A stretch of 64,000 nucleotides of DNA from Hypanus sabinus (Eukaryota), in assembly GCF_030144855.1 (NCBI RefSeq), contig NC_082711.1:29140001-29204000 (forward strand), read 5' to 3'. Positions within the stretch are counted from its first letter, which is position 1. Each line of letters begins with the position of its first letter. The notes under the pieces are model-generated. The model searched no databases and was not told where the DNA came from. It saw nothing but the letters and a program-made list of their open reading frames with translations. The translations under genes were made by a program, and so were the position numbers. Of the stretch, positions 37,490 to 49,734 are shown one piece after another.

Positions 37490-39569
37490 CCTCAGGCTAT
37501 CTGGAGGTAAGACATATAAGAATGAGGTGAAGAAAACCTTTTCACTCAAAATGTGGTGAATCTGTGGAATACACTGCCACAGAAAGCTGTGGAAGTAAAT
37601 TAACTGATTATATTTTAGAAGGAGCCAGATATTAGATATTAAAAGCTATCAAGAGGTATGGCGAGAGATTAGGAATATATTTGTAACCAGATGACCATCG
37701 AATCTTATTCATCTGGGTAATGCTAGAATAGTTGTCTGTGCCTTTTAGTGGAGATGGTGACGTCATTATGCACACGCAGGATAGCGGAGAGACCATTTTG
37801 CTTTCTGTTGTCGAAGCTAGTAGGGCGTTGGAATCAAGTTCCCCCAGAGGTACTGGGCTGGGTGAGGAAAGGTGAGCATTAATTTACAATATCCATGTGA
37901 ATTTGTTTATGCTTGTTGGCAACATGAGAATATCAGTAATTTGACAGGTTTTATATGTGGATGCTTTAGATTTTCACGAGTAAAGAACTCGACGCTGGAT
38001 AGCGTGGCTTGCAAAGTTCCTCACCAGCCAAGTAGGTCAGTCTTTCTGTAATTTAACTACTAGGCAATATCTTGTAAAAGTTGTGCCAAAGTGTCCCTTT
38101 TGTCTAACTTTATTATGTCATGACTGATTGTGCATGTAATTGTGTAACGTGAATGTTCAGTCCCCGTTCGGGGGTTCAGCATGTGTGTATTAAAAAAGTA
38201 GTAGACTTCTTAGATGAGATGTATTTGTTTACATTTTTCACTTCTATGTATAAGACACAGGGTTGAGGGAATTCTAATGTTGTTTGTATTGTGTTTCTTC
38301 AGAATTGCCACTACCGTATTACAAAGTGTAGTACTGTATTAGTTTTGTGCGATTTTCTTTGTATTTTTATACTGCATATGCAATTGGTCGAGACACAAGT
38401 GTGTGGATCAAAGGTTTAAATGGAGATTGTAATGGCAGGACCTGATTGTAAAGTAATTCGTTTTGTTTTAAGACCCTTTTCTGGCATTTAAACATCTAAA
38501 GCTGGGAGCTGAAATACCATTAATGATTTAAAATGAAATAATATTTTTTGTTTGATTTCTATTACGTTTGAAATACTAATCAGAGGAATTTGTGACCCAC
38601 ATAGACTTGAGTCTCTTTAGGACAGGAGAGGTTGCTGAGCAACAGTGTGCTGTAGAGAAGGCAAGAGTTACTAACAAGAGTATGAATGGATTGTTGAGAA
38701 ATTATTGTCAATTTGGAGGAGTCAAATTCTTCTGTATCGGGCAAAAATGTGTGCTGCCTAAAGAAATTTAACAAATACTCAGTTGATACTTTGTATTCCT
38801 TGTGGAACACCAAATTTGTTCCTGGTCTTTTGTATGTAAGACAGCCCATACAAGGTGTAGTGAGGTGATGTGATGTGCACATGATCTGGAAACATTGCAG
38901 CCCATTCATAAAAAAACAATGATCCACATGCAGTGCTAGTTTCTAAGCTTGTATGATTCAGTCACTTCTGTAAAATCTTATTGATTTTCATTTATATCTT
39001 TGCTAGATATTGATTAGTGTTGTATATTATTTTCTTACAGATTTTAGCAAGAAAGTCTCTCCTGCAAAAGCATAGCACTGATGGATAAACTAGTCAATTC
39101 TCAGTGATTGCACAGACAGATTTTCTTCATCAGTAAGTTTCAACTCCATACAGTAATTTTTTTGTCACTTTGACATTTGTGCAATTTCCACTCTACTCTC
39201 TCATTGGCCTCTTATACTTGTAATGAAACCATTTGTAAGCTTGAGGAACATCTTTGTAATAAGCGTATTACATTTCTTAAGAACAATGTTGAATTCAGAA
39301 ATGTGTATCCAAACGAGCTGTTTATGATGGCACTTGTAATATTAACTTAGTACTTTTCTTTCCACAAATGCTGCCTGAACTGCTGGGTTAAGTATTATAT
39401 CTTCTTTCAAATGTCTGGCAACTGCAACATTCAGTATTTCATGGTTTCAGCATTTTCTCTCTCTATTCAACTTCCATTTACATCTCCTCCAGACATCATG
39501 TGTAATTAACAAATTTGTACCACTCAGACAGCAAAACCATAATCTGCATCCAAATATCCCTTACTTTCA

Positions 39570-40240
39570 TAAGAACCATAGACTTATACAGCACAGAAAC
39601 AGGCTCTTCAGCCCAACTGGTCAATCCTGATCAAGATTTCCATCCAAGCTAGTCCCATTTCCCCATGTTTGGTCCTTATCCCTCTAAACCTTTCCTATCC
39701 ATGTATCTATCCAAGTTCATGGTTTAAATGTTGTTAATGTACCTGCCTCAATCATTTCCTCTAGCAGTTTATTACATAAATGAACTGCCCACTGAGTGAA
39801 TAAGTTGCCCCTTAGATTTCCATAGATAAATCTCTTCCATTTCACTCTAAACTTATTTCCTGTAGTTATTGATTTCCCAATTCTGGGAGGGGAAAAATTG
39901 ACAATCATCCTCATAATTTTACACACCTCTGCAATATCATTGGTTGGTTATTCTCCTCCATTCCATTGCATAAGTTCCCACCTTGCTCAGCCTCTCTCCA
40001 TATCTCAGTCCCTTGAGTCATAGCAACAGCCTCGTTAATCTCCTTTGCACTTTTCATGTCAAAAAGTTAAGGATATTTTCTATAGCTATAGCAGGGTGAC
40101 TAAAACTGAACACAGTATTTAAAACTATAGCCTCACTCACATATTGTACAACTGAAACATAACATTGCAGCTTGCATGCTCAATACTCTTAACTGATGAA
40201 GCCCAGAGTGCCAAAAGCCTGTTTCACCACGAGGTCTATA
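39570..40240 (-). mobile_element. decayed CR1 3' fragment
   Basis: RGNLFTQ.AV.L.NKL motif and CR1-type 3'UTR. Confidence 0.7.
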
Positions 40241-41119
40241 CTCTTGCATTTAGAGGTTCTTCTTATTCACAAGTATAAAGTTTTTGAAAATGTCTAGAAT
40301 CAAACTTCCAGTAAAATGGCAATAGTTTAGTTGCTTGAAACTATTGCTCCATTTCATTTCTTATCTCTGCACTCATCTCCTTTTTTTTACTCCAGACTGT
40401 TAAATTTTTTTTCACTCTCCTACCTGCCTGCAAATACACCTGTCCTACAATGGCTTCAAAGCTCCCTAAATCTGGGAAAAAAGAAGTCTCTGCAACTGCG
40501 ACTGTCTCTGGTTCCTCTGCCGAGATTATCTCCATTTTGAAACAGCAATAACAAGAGATTATATCTGAACTTAAATCTGAATATAAGTCTTCTTTCAGTT
40601 TGTTGGAGTCAAAATTGGATCAAAATAATTCCAAAGTGGAGGATCATGCCGAATGTCTCTCTCATCTGGAGTCAGCTACCGAAGATTTAAAATGTCGTGT
40701 TCAGCAGCTGGAAGCCATCTGTTCTGATTTGAGTGAGCATAACACCAAGTTAACATCCAAAATAACTGATCTTGAAGGTTGGAGCAGACATCATAATTTA
40801 CGAATCCTCGGTCTGCCAGAGGCTATCAAAAGTGGATCTCCTGTTGAATTTTTTTTCTTTACTCTGTGAGATTTTTGGGAAGGATATTCTTCCGACCCCA
40901 CCCGAGTTAGACAGAGCTCGCTGTACATTTCTGGCCAAGCCTGAGTTTGGACTCTTGACCACACCCAGATATTCTCTGTTTTCATCGATATCAGGTGAAA
41001 AACCCCTTTGATCATGGAAGCATGTCAGAGAGGAAAATTGGATTACAAGGGTCATTTTATCCATTCTGTTGAGGATTATGCTCCTTAAGTTCTGAGACCG
41101 CACCAAGAATAAAGATATA

Positions 41120-42375
41120 TATTTAGAGAGTACAGAGGAGAGGAGATTTACTAGAATGTTACCTGGGTATCAGCACCTAAGTTACAGAGAAAGGTTGAAC
41201 AAGTTAAGTCTTTATTCTTTGGAGCGTAGAAGGTTGAGGGGGGACTGGATAGAGGTATTTGAAATTATGAGGGGGATGGATAGAGTTGACGTGGATAGGC
41301 TTTTTCCATTGAGAGTAGGGGAGATTCAAACAAGCAGGACATGAGTTGAGAGTTAGGAGGCAAAAGTTTAGGGATAACACGGGGAGAACTTCTTTACTCA
41401 GAGAGTGGTAGCTGTGTGGAACGAGCTTCCAGTAGAAGTGGTAGAGGCAGGTTCGATATTGTTATTTAAAAAAAAAATTGGAGAGGTATATGGACAGGAA
41501 AGGAATGGAGGGTTATGGGCTAAGTGCAGGTCGGTGGGACTAATTGAGAGTGTTATGAACCCCGTAACTGGGTCACTTACCAGCAAAGATCGAGAGGTCC
41601 ATTGAAGTCTGATGGTACTATTTTTTTAAAAGTCTTTATTTATAAAGGGGCACAAAATAAGATTAATACAGACATTCAGATAATATACGTCATCAATACT
41701 CAATCAAAAAATGCGGGTATAATAATAATCATCAATTAAGCAATAGCTCTATCGTTTGTCTAGGGGATATTGTATTGTCCAATGGAAAGATAAAATTCAC
41801 TGTCCTTTTAAGCTGCAGCTCTTTGGGTTGAAGAGAGATGGTTTTAAACTTGCCCTGGTTTTTTATGAGGCCAATCCGTTGAGTCAGGGTAGTTGGTTCC
41901 CCTTTGCAAGTTCCAAGTCGTTTTCCGTGGTACCAGCCACCAGCCCCCAGGCAAGGGAACCGAACGCACGTGGCTTCCTTCAAATGGCTTCCCACTATTA
42001 CGGGATCACTGGCGTTTCTTCTGGTGCATCTGAGGGGCTGTCCCTACAGCCCCTCTTTTATCTTAACTCGCAGGGTAGTAGATGTCAATCAGGTTGGGGT
42101 GATGCAATCTCTCTCTCAACCAGCCCACTTTGCCCGAGGGCTTGCATGTAGCATAGTCCCCAATCCACAAACGTGGTCTCCAGGAGACAATGGCCATGAC
42201 TCTCTCTCATTTCCTGGGTCCTCTGACCCAACCCAATAATGCTCTTGCAATTCTCACAAAGGAGGGGGCTACCCTGCACCCTTTGGCCCCTCAGAGCTGT
42301 GGTACATTCATAACAAGAGTAAGCATTCGGCATGGCCAAGATGCCCTGCTTCCGTGCTGTAATTGTTAGGTGGTT
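41120..42375 (+). mobile_element. CR1 3' fragment inserted in L1 ORF1, itself split by a solo LTR
   Basis: Near-identical to the CR1 at 20.7-22.2 kb (LSYRERLNKL.LYSLERRRLRGD). Resumes at 42320 after the LTR. Confidence 0.85.
41551..42315 (-). mobile_element. solo LTR, inverted relative of 35250-36116
   Basis: TGTTATGAA...TTCATAACA termini, 4-bp TSD AGAG. The reverse complement shares CTTTGCTGGTAAGTGACCCAGTTACGGGGTTC with 36080-36110. Confidence 0.9.
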
Positions 42376-44075
42376 ATAAAGAAGTTATGAAAGAGTTTTA
42401 TAGTCGTGGATTCAGGCCCTCTCTGCGTTATCCAGCCCATCTCCGAATAACTCTTAGTACTGGTCACAAAAAATTGTTTAACTCAGTTACAGAAGCTCAG
42501 AAATTTATTGAAAGTCTTCATGCCATTTTGACTCCTTCAGACTCGGTCTTATTATTTAAAATGGTCGATAAGTACTTAAAAATGTTTTCTCTTTTCTGTT
42601 TTCTTTTAAAATTACTGAATTTTTTCATAGTTTATCACGGGTAGGCTACTCTGGATTATTACTTTGAGTTAAGTTCAATACTTTTTGATGGAACTGTTTC
42701 TCTTTTCTTTATATATAATTTTAATTTGTAGTGCATAATTTCTCTGGGTTCTGAATTGTTAATTAGATGGAGCTTACGAAGATGTTAAGAAACTGGAAGT
42801 TGGTTTTTGGGGTTTTTTCTTCTTTGAAGAGTTTGCTGCTGTTTTGTGGTATCTTTCTTGTTCTGGGATTTGAGGGGGCGAGGGGTCTCTAGTGTCAGCA
42901 CCATATATAGAACCTTTAGTTATTCTTTGTTACTCAGGACATTTTTTGTCCTGATTCTCTTGTCTTATATTTTTGCATCAGAGCTGTTATTTGAATGTTT
43001 AATCTTGTTTATGCCTACTACCCTTCATGGTTTTTTTTTATGACAATGGTGAGCCCATTGAATTTTATAAGCTGGAATGTTAAGGGATTGAACCATTCTG
43101 TTAAAAGAAGGAAGGTGTTTTCACATCTTAAGCAGCTCAAAACTGATGTTGCTTTTTTGCAAGAAACACATATTCGTAGTTTTGATAACTCTTGTCTTAT
43201 ATCAAGGTGGGTAGGACAGCGCTTCCATTCTGCCTTCACAGCTAAAGCCAGTGGGGGTCTCAATCCTTATTAATCAAAATGTTCCCTTTGAGCTTCACAA
43301 CAAAGTATCTGATACAAATGGTCATTTTACTATTGTCTCTGGGAAATTGTATAATACTAGGGTAGTCTTGGCTAACCTGTATGCTCCCAATTCGGATGAT
43401 GTGGAGTTTTTTTGATAATTTTTTTTTCTTTATTGCCTGACTTGAGTTTATATTCTCTTATATTGGGTGGTGATTTTAATTGTTGGTTAGGTCCAGTTTT
43501 GGATGGATCATCCTCTGTTCCTAGACTAAATCTGTTTTATCTATTAACTCTTTTCTTTCTAATTATGGTATCTCTGAAGTGTGGTGCTTTTTCCATCCTA
43601 CTGAGAGAGATTATTCCTTTCTATCATAAGTCCATCATAGTTTTACTAGAATTGATTATCTTTTAATGGAAAACCAGTTGATTCCATCTGTTCGGTCTTG
43701 TGATTATCAGAGTATATTGATTTTGGATCATGTCCCAATTACCCTGTCTATAAATTTTCCTGGTTTCCCTCAAATGAATAAACATTGGCGTTTTAACCCG
43801 ACCTTGTTGTCAAATAATGATTTTGTAAAATTTATGAAGATAACTTTTTTCTTAAACACTAATATGTCATCTGAAATCTCATTCCAGGTTGTCTGGTAAA
43901 GTGATTAGATTTGATCAGTCAGATTAGAGCAGCAGACCAACTATATTCCCAGACCAAAAATCCCAAACGGTACAAGAAGCGAATAGAACTTCAAACTAAA
44001 TTTGACCTTATTTCGACTCAACCAGTTGAACGTCAGCTTCTTGAAAGTAAGAGCCGATTTTATATTCATGGTCAT

Positions 44076-45160
44076 TGTTACGTACCCATGGGTATCTTGT
44101 ACCTGTCACGTGACCATGATGTAATTGAGGCTATGCTGGAGATGAGATAATGGTCTTGTGATGGTGGAGTGACATCATTTTCCCGCCAGTGAGAGGTCAT
44201 GTGATAGTTTTTGTTTACAGGGTATAAAAAGAGAACCCCACCCTGTGACGTGGGCAGTTCGTGGCTGAATTTGCCACTGACTCCATGTTGCTGCATATTC
44301 CGATATTATAACGCAGTTTCGTTTAAAAGTGAAGTTTTATTTTCTGTTTTAAGTCTCAAAGGTTATTGCCGGCAGTTTCACTATAATACTGCCAGTTTGG
44401 TCAGTGGAGAGTGAAGATTTTAAAGGAGTTTGAAAATCCCGAAGGATTGGTAAAGTTAATGTCGATGATTCAACCTTTGCTTAATCTTCGCATGAGGAAT
44501 TAATGATGAGTATCTATGATAACTCCTGTTCTGTCAGAAGACCAGAGGGTTGGATACAAAGTTTCATCAAAGAAAGGTCAGGGCCTTTAAGCCGTTTTAT
44601 TTCCTTCGATTGTAGATCCTCCGGGGAATAATGTGCTTCGGCTGGGATCAGCAGTAACTCCTCGAAAGAGGATTTAAATCATTTCAAGAAGTCTCTCCTT
44701 TAACGGACTGTGTAAGCATTTGGACTTTCGCATTCACAAGGAAATCTGCAGATGCTGGAAATTCAAGCAATACACACAAAATGCTGGTGGAACACAGCAG
44801 GTCAGGCAGCATCTATAGGGAGAAGCGCTGTTGACGTTTCCTGATGAAGGGTCTCGGCCCAAAATGTCAACGGTGCTTCTCCCTATAGATGCTGCCTGGC
44901 CTGCTGTGTTCCACCAGCATTTTGTGTGTATTGCTGGGCTTTCGCATTACTACTTCTAGGAACTGTTTTCGCATTATCACTTTAAGAACCGTTTTTGCAT
45001 TCTCGCTTTAAGAACTGTTGGAGCTGCCGCATCGCAGCTGACTTCCGGTTAAGTTAATCGTTTGTTTACTTTTGGGTTTTTTACAGTGTTTAATAAATGT
45101 TTTATTTGATATCAAAAAACCTGTCTCAAATCATATATTCATTGTTGCTGATTTGTAACA
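44076..45160 (+). mobile_element. solo LTR inserted in L1 ORF2
   Basis: TGTTAC...GTAACA termini, 5-bp TSD GTCAT, TATAAAA at ~44223, AATAAA at ~45092. Confidence 0.9.
44735..44935. repeat. Penelope-type inverted repeat (74-bp arms) with a hammerhead-derived apex
   Basis: 44766-44839 is the near-perfect reverse complement of 44862-44935. Loop CCTGATGAAGGGTCTCGGCCCA. Flanking duplication GG(A/G)CTTTCGCATT. Confidence 0.88.
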
Positions 45161-48100
45161 GTCATAAATCCATCAAGTTTTTACTTAACCAGCTAAGACG
45201 CTCTAAAGCTAAACAACAAACTACAAAAATTTGAATTAGAAATGGGAACATTACTTTGAATCATTCTGAAATGAATGACACATTTAAGAATTATTATTCT
45301 CAACTTTATACTTCTGAATCTTTAAATTATAGTACCTCTGTTGAGCATTTTTAAACTATTTAAATATTCCTTTGCTTTCTTCCGATCTTAAAGCAAAACT
45401 CAATGAGCCATTATCACTAGAGGGAATATCCTCTGCCATTTCTGCATTGCAGTTGGGTAAATCTGGACCAGATGGGTTTTCTGCAGAATTTTATATATAA
45501 TTTTCCTTACTACTTTTGTCTCAGTTATTCTTAGTTCTATCTGATTCGTTTAAACATGGTAAATTGCCAGCATCACTTAACGAAGCAAGTATCATTCTTT
45601 TAGCCAAAAAAGGTAAAGATCCAACAGAGCATTCTTTGTGTAGGCTGATTTATTTGCTAAATGTCGATGTTAAAATTTTGGCTAAAGTTCTGGCTTGTAG
45701 ATTGGATAATTTATACCTTTTATTTCTAAAGATCAAACAAGTTTTTATTAAAAATCGCCTTCTCTTTTTTAATATACAACATTTATTTAGTATCTTATAT
45801 TCACCCTCAATTGGGACTCCTGAATGGGTCATTTCTCTTGATGCGGAGAAAGCGTTCGATCGTGTGGCACTTTTTGCAGTTTTAGAAAAATTTGAGTTTG
45901 GACAAAGTTTCATTACAAGGATTAAATTGTTATATTCATTTCACACCGCCTCTGTTTTGACCAACTCTCATCAATCCCAGTCTTTTAGCCTTAAACGTGG
46001 CACCTGACAGGGATGCCCTTTAAGTCCCTTACTTTTTGATTTGGCCATAGAGCCACTGGCAATTGTGTTTCGTAGCTATGCTGAATTGATGGGGATTTGG
46101 AAGGGAAGTGTTGAGCATAAAGTTTCTCTTTATGCCGATGATCCTTCACTTTTTATATCAAATCTGACTACTTCCTTACCACCAATATTTTTAGTTCTTA
46201 ATCAATTTAGTCAGCTTTCTGGTTACAAACTTAATTTACACAAGAGCGAACTCTTCCTAATCAATAGAGAAGCACAAGCATTAGTATTTCATGACCTCAC
46301 TTTTAAAGTAGTTAGTAATCAGTTCACTTACCTTGATAAAACAGTAACAAGGAACTTCAAGAATCTTTTTTGAGAAAATTTCGCTAATCTTTTAAATTCT
46401 ATAAAATAGAGTTTGACATAGTGGTCACCCTTGTCCATGTCTCTGTAGATGGAATTAATGTTAACAAAATGTATATCCTTCCTAAATTTTTATACTTTAT
46501 TGTCATCAAACAATTGATACTAGAGCGTAAATCATCACAGCGATATTTGACTCTGCGCTTCGCATTTCCTTAAGTACAAATTGAAGTAAATATAATAAAA
46601 ATTTAAATTATATATCATAATTAGAAAATAGAAAAGGGAAAGTAAGGTAGTGCAAGTCAGGTCCGGATATTTGGTAGTTACGGCCCAGATCCGTTCAGCA
46701 GTCTTATCACAGTTGGAAAGAAGCTTATTTATTTCAATCTTTACCAATTTTTATTTCTTAAAGATTTTTTTGATTCATTAGATTCTATTATTTCATCCTA
46801 TCTATGGAAGGGCAAATGTTCCAGACTTAATAAAGCTCACCTTCAAAAATCTAGAAGAGAAGGTGGTATGGCCTTGCCTAATTTTTGTTTATATTATTGG
46901 GCAGCCAATATTCGTTGTCTTACTTTTTGATTCTTCTTTTGTAATCAGTCTGACTGCCTAAAATGGGCGGCAACACAGTTGAACTCTAGTAAGGATCTCT
47001 CCATTTCTGCACCTCTTCGATTCACACTTCCTTGTCACTTGCCTAGACTAATTGTTAATCCTGTTATTAGACACACTCTGAGAATATGGGCTCAGTTCAG
47101 AAAATATAATGGCCTTCATGCTTCTCTTGCTCTAGTCCTATTTTACACAATCATCTTTTCCTACCAGCTATCCAAGACTCAACATTTCATGATTGGTACA
47201 GAAAGAGCATTGGGTGCTTTGAAAATCTTTTCATAGATAATCATTTTGCAACTTTTCAACAACTGTCTGTAAAGTTTAATCCACCTAATACTCATTTCTT
47301 TAGATATCTTCAAATTAGACATTTCATTAACCCTTTAATATCTAACTTTCCTGAGATGCCTGAGAAAAATGTTGTGGACCTGTTTCTTTGTACTAATCCA
47401 TTGGGTATAAATTTAATATCTACTATTCATGGTAAGTTAGTGATCTCAAGGCGTGCCCCCTTCGATAAAATTAGAACAGCCTGGGAGCATGATTTAAATA
47501 TTTCTTTATCTGATGCAGTTTGGAATTCAATTCTTAAGTCAGTTAACTCAACCTGTTTATGTGCTCGTCACTGCCTTTTGCAGTTTAAGGTTGTACATAG
47601 GGCTCATATGTCTAAAACTAAATTATCACGGTTTTATCCTGACATTAATCCTGTTTGTGACAAGTGTAAAGGGGGTGAGGCTTCTCTTATTCATATGTAC
47701 TGGGCTTGTCCTAGTCGAGAGAAATTTTTAAAAAAACTTTATCCCATGTTCTGAATTGCCACTTAGAACCTAACCCTCTGATTGCTCTTTTTGGCACCTT
47801 GGGTGAAGTAGACATGCATTTAAGTCTGACTAAACATCAAACATTGTCTTTTGCCTCTCTTTTGGCTAGATGGTTAGTTCTTACTAGGTGGAGAGATGTT
47901 GCCTCACCTACTCATGCTCAATGGCTTAGTGATATTATGTCCTGTTTAGACCTTGAAAAGATTCATTATTCACTTTTCAATTTGGACATGAAGTTTCATA
48001 ATGTGTGGGGACCTTTTCTTGAATACTTTAATAACTCCTCTTTAGATTAAGTTTATCCTTTCTTTTGTACTATAATCCCTTACTTTCAGCTTTCTTTTTT

Positions 48101-49734
48101 CTGTAAGTTTTACAGTTTTTTTATGTGAATTACATTATAGTTTTGGTAGTAGGCATTATATTTTTAAAAAATATATATTTACAGCTCTATTGGGTCAAAC
48201 GCTCCAATTAATTTTTCTTTTACACATTGAAATGGCCTGGAGTTTTGTAGTGGGAGGGTGGGGAGGACACTAACTTTATATGATTTTGTTTTGGGTGCTT
48301 TTTCCTTATTGTTATGAATTATATATTAGGCATGGCTTTTTTGCACTGTATAAATCTCCATTTTGCTGATGGGTTTTTTTGTAGTTGTGTTGTAGAAACT
48401 CAAAAAAAATTAATAATAAAAAAGAAAATGTCTAGAATCAAGGGCCACAGACTCAGCTTAGAATGAGGAGAAATTTCTTCACCCAAAAGGTGGTGAATCT
48501 TTGGAATTCTCTACTGGGGACATTGGAGATTCATCTGAGTATATTCAGGAAATTGACAGATTTTTAGATGTTATGGGAATTGAGTAATATTGGGTAAGTC
48601 AAATTACTTCTGAAGTAAAAGATAAGTAATAATTTATTGAGTAAAGAACTGAATGACCAACTTCTGCTTCTGTTATACTCTTTGTTATCTCAGCAGTCTG
48701 GTGATGAGGTCTGAGGCCAATCAATCCTGGCGAAACGGGAAGAGGGCATCAATGATCAACAATTAGTGCATTAGTACTATTTGAAAGAACTGTTGAGGAC
48801 ATCACTCTGCTGTCAATTGAGATAGACTTATTGAATGTTAGTTACTCATATCAAATGGTAATGCTTTTTATGAACAGGACCTAAGGCCTTCAGCACAGCT
48901 CCCCTTACTTTTAGTGTATCCATTGTTGTGTCTTGATATAAGAGTGCACCATATTAGCTGAAGACTAGTTTCTACAATGGTGTTTGTCTCAGGAGGAAGA
49001 CACTTTTTGCTGAAATTGGCTGTGAATGCTTTAGCTTCATTTTAGCATTGATGAAACCAGAGGATACAGTACAGTAACAGGTCCTTTCACACAAGTCTAT
49101 ACTGATCATCAACCACTTATGCACTAATCCTACATTAAAATCATTTTTTTCTCCCAACATTCTCAATTCCATCCAATTCACTGACAGATCAAGGGCAGTT
49201 TGTATGGGCAAAAATAAATCTACCATACTTTGTGATGTGGGAGGAAACCAGGTCACCCAGATGGGCACATGGTCACAGCTCACAAAAAGCACTGGAGGTC
49301 AGGATCTCAGGTCACTAGCGTGAGATAGTAGTCTAAAAGTTGCACCACTGTTTCACCCTTGGGGTGGGGTGGGCTATACCATAACTTGAAGCCTCATTTA
49401 TAGATGTCAGATTAAAGTCTAGACATGGTAGGACTGCAGAGCTTTATTTGGTAGTGAGCTTACTTGACTATCTGTTATGTGTTGTTTAGTCTTGTGTTTT
49501 AGTTTCTACATGTTGACACCTCAATTTTAAATGTTTGCTGCAGTTCCATGTGTACTTCTGAACTTATTGAACCAGCACTGATCCCCCGGCTGATACCATT
49601 GGTACAGTGAAGGATATGTGAAGCAATGAACTACAGATTATAATGGTGTACATTTCTTCTGCTGTTGTTAGTCGATGGTGCTTCACAGAAACCTACTTCT
49701 AAGCTACCAGATCTACTCTGAGTTCATTTCATTC

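Larger units (their letters stand above)
40304..48423 (+). mobile_element. full-length decayed L1 LINE (ORF1 from ~40449; ORF2 ~43020-48050) with nested insertions
   Basis: 18-bp TSD GAAAATGTCTAGAATCAA (40286-40303, 48424-48441). 5' ACTTCC..AAAATGGC. ORF1 LEG.SR..NLRILGLPE. Endonuclease SWNVKGLN..AFLQETH and GGDFN; RT LDAEKAFDRV, GT.QGCPLSP, LYADD; C-terminal CDKC..HMYWACP; A-rich tail. Confidence 0.93.

Noticed and set aside
38660-38760. Apparent similarity to the NCAPG2 internal peptide MAGLLEIIVILWKS
   Set aside because: Requires frameshifts, is very short and has no flanking similarity. Most likely chance.
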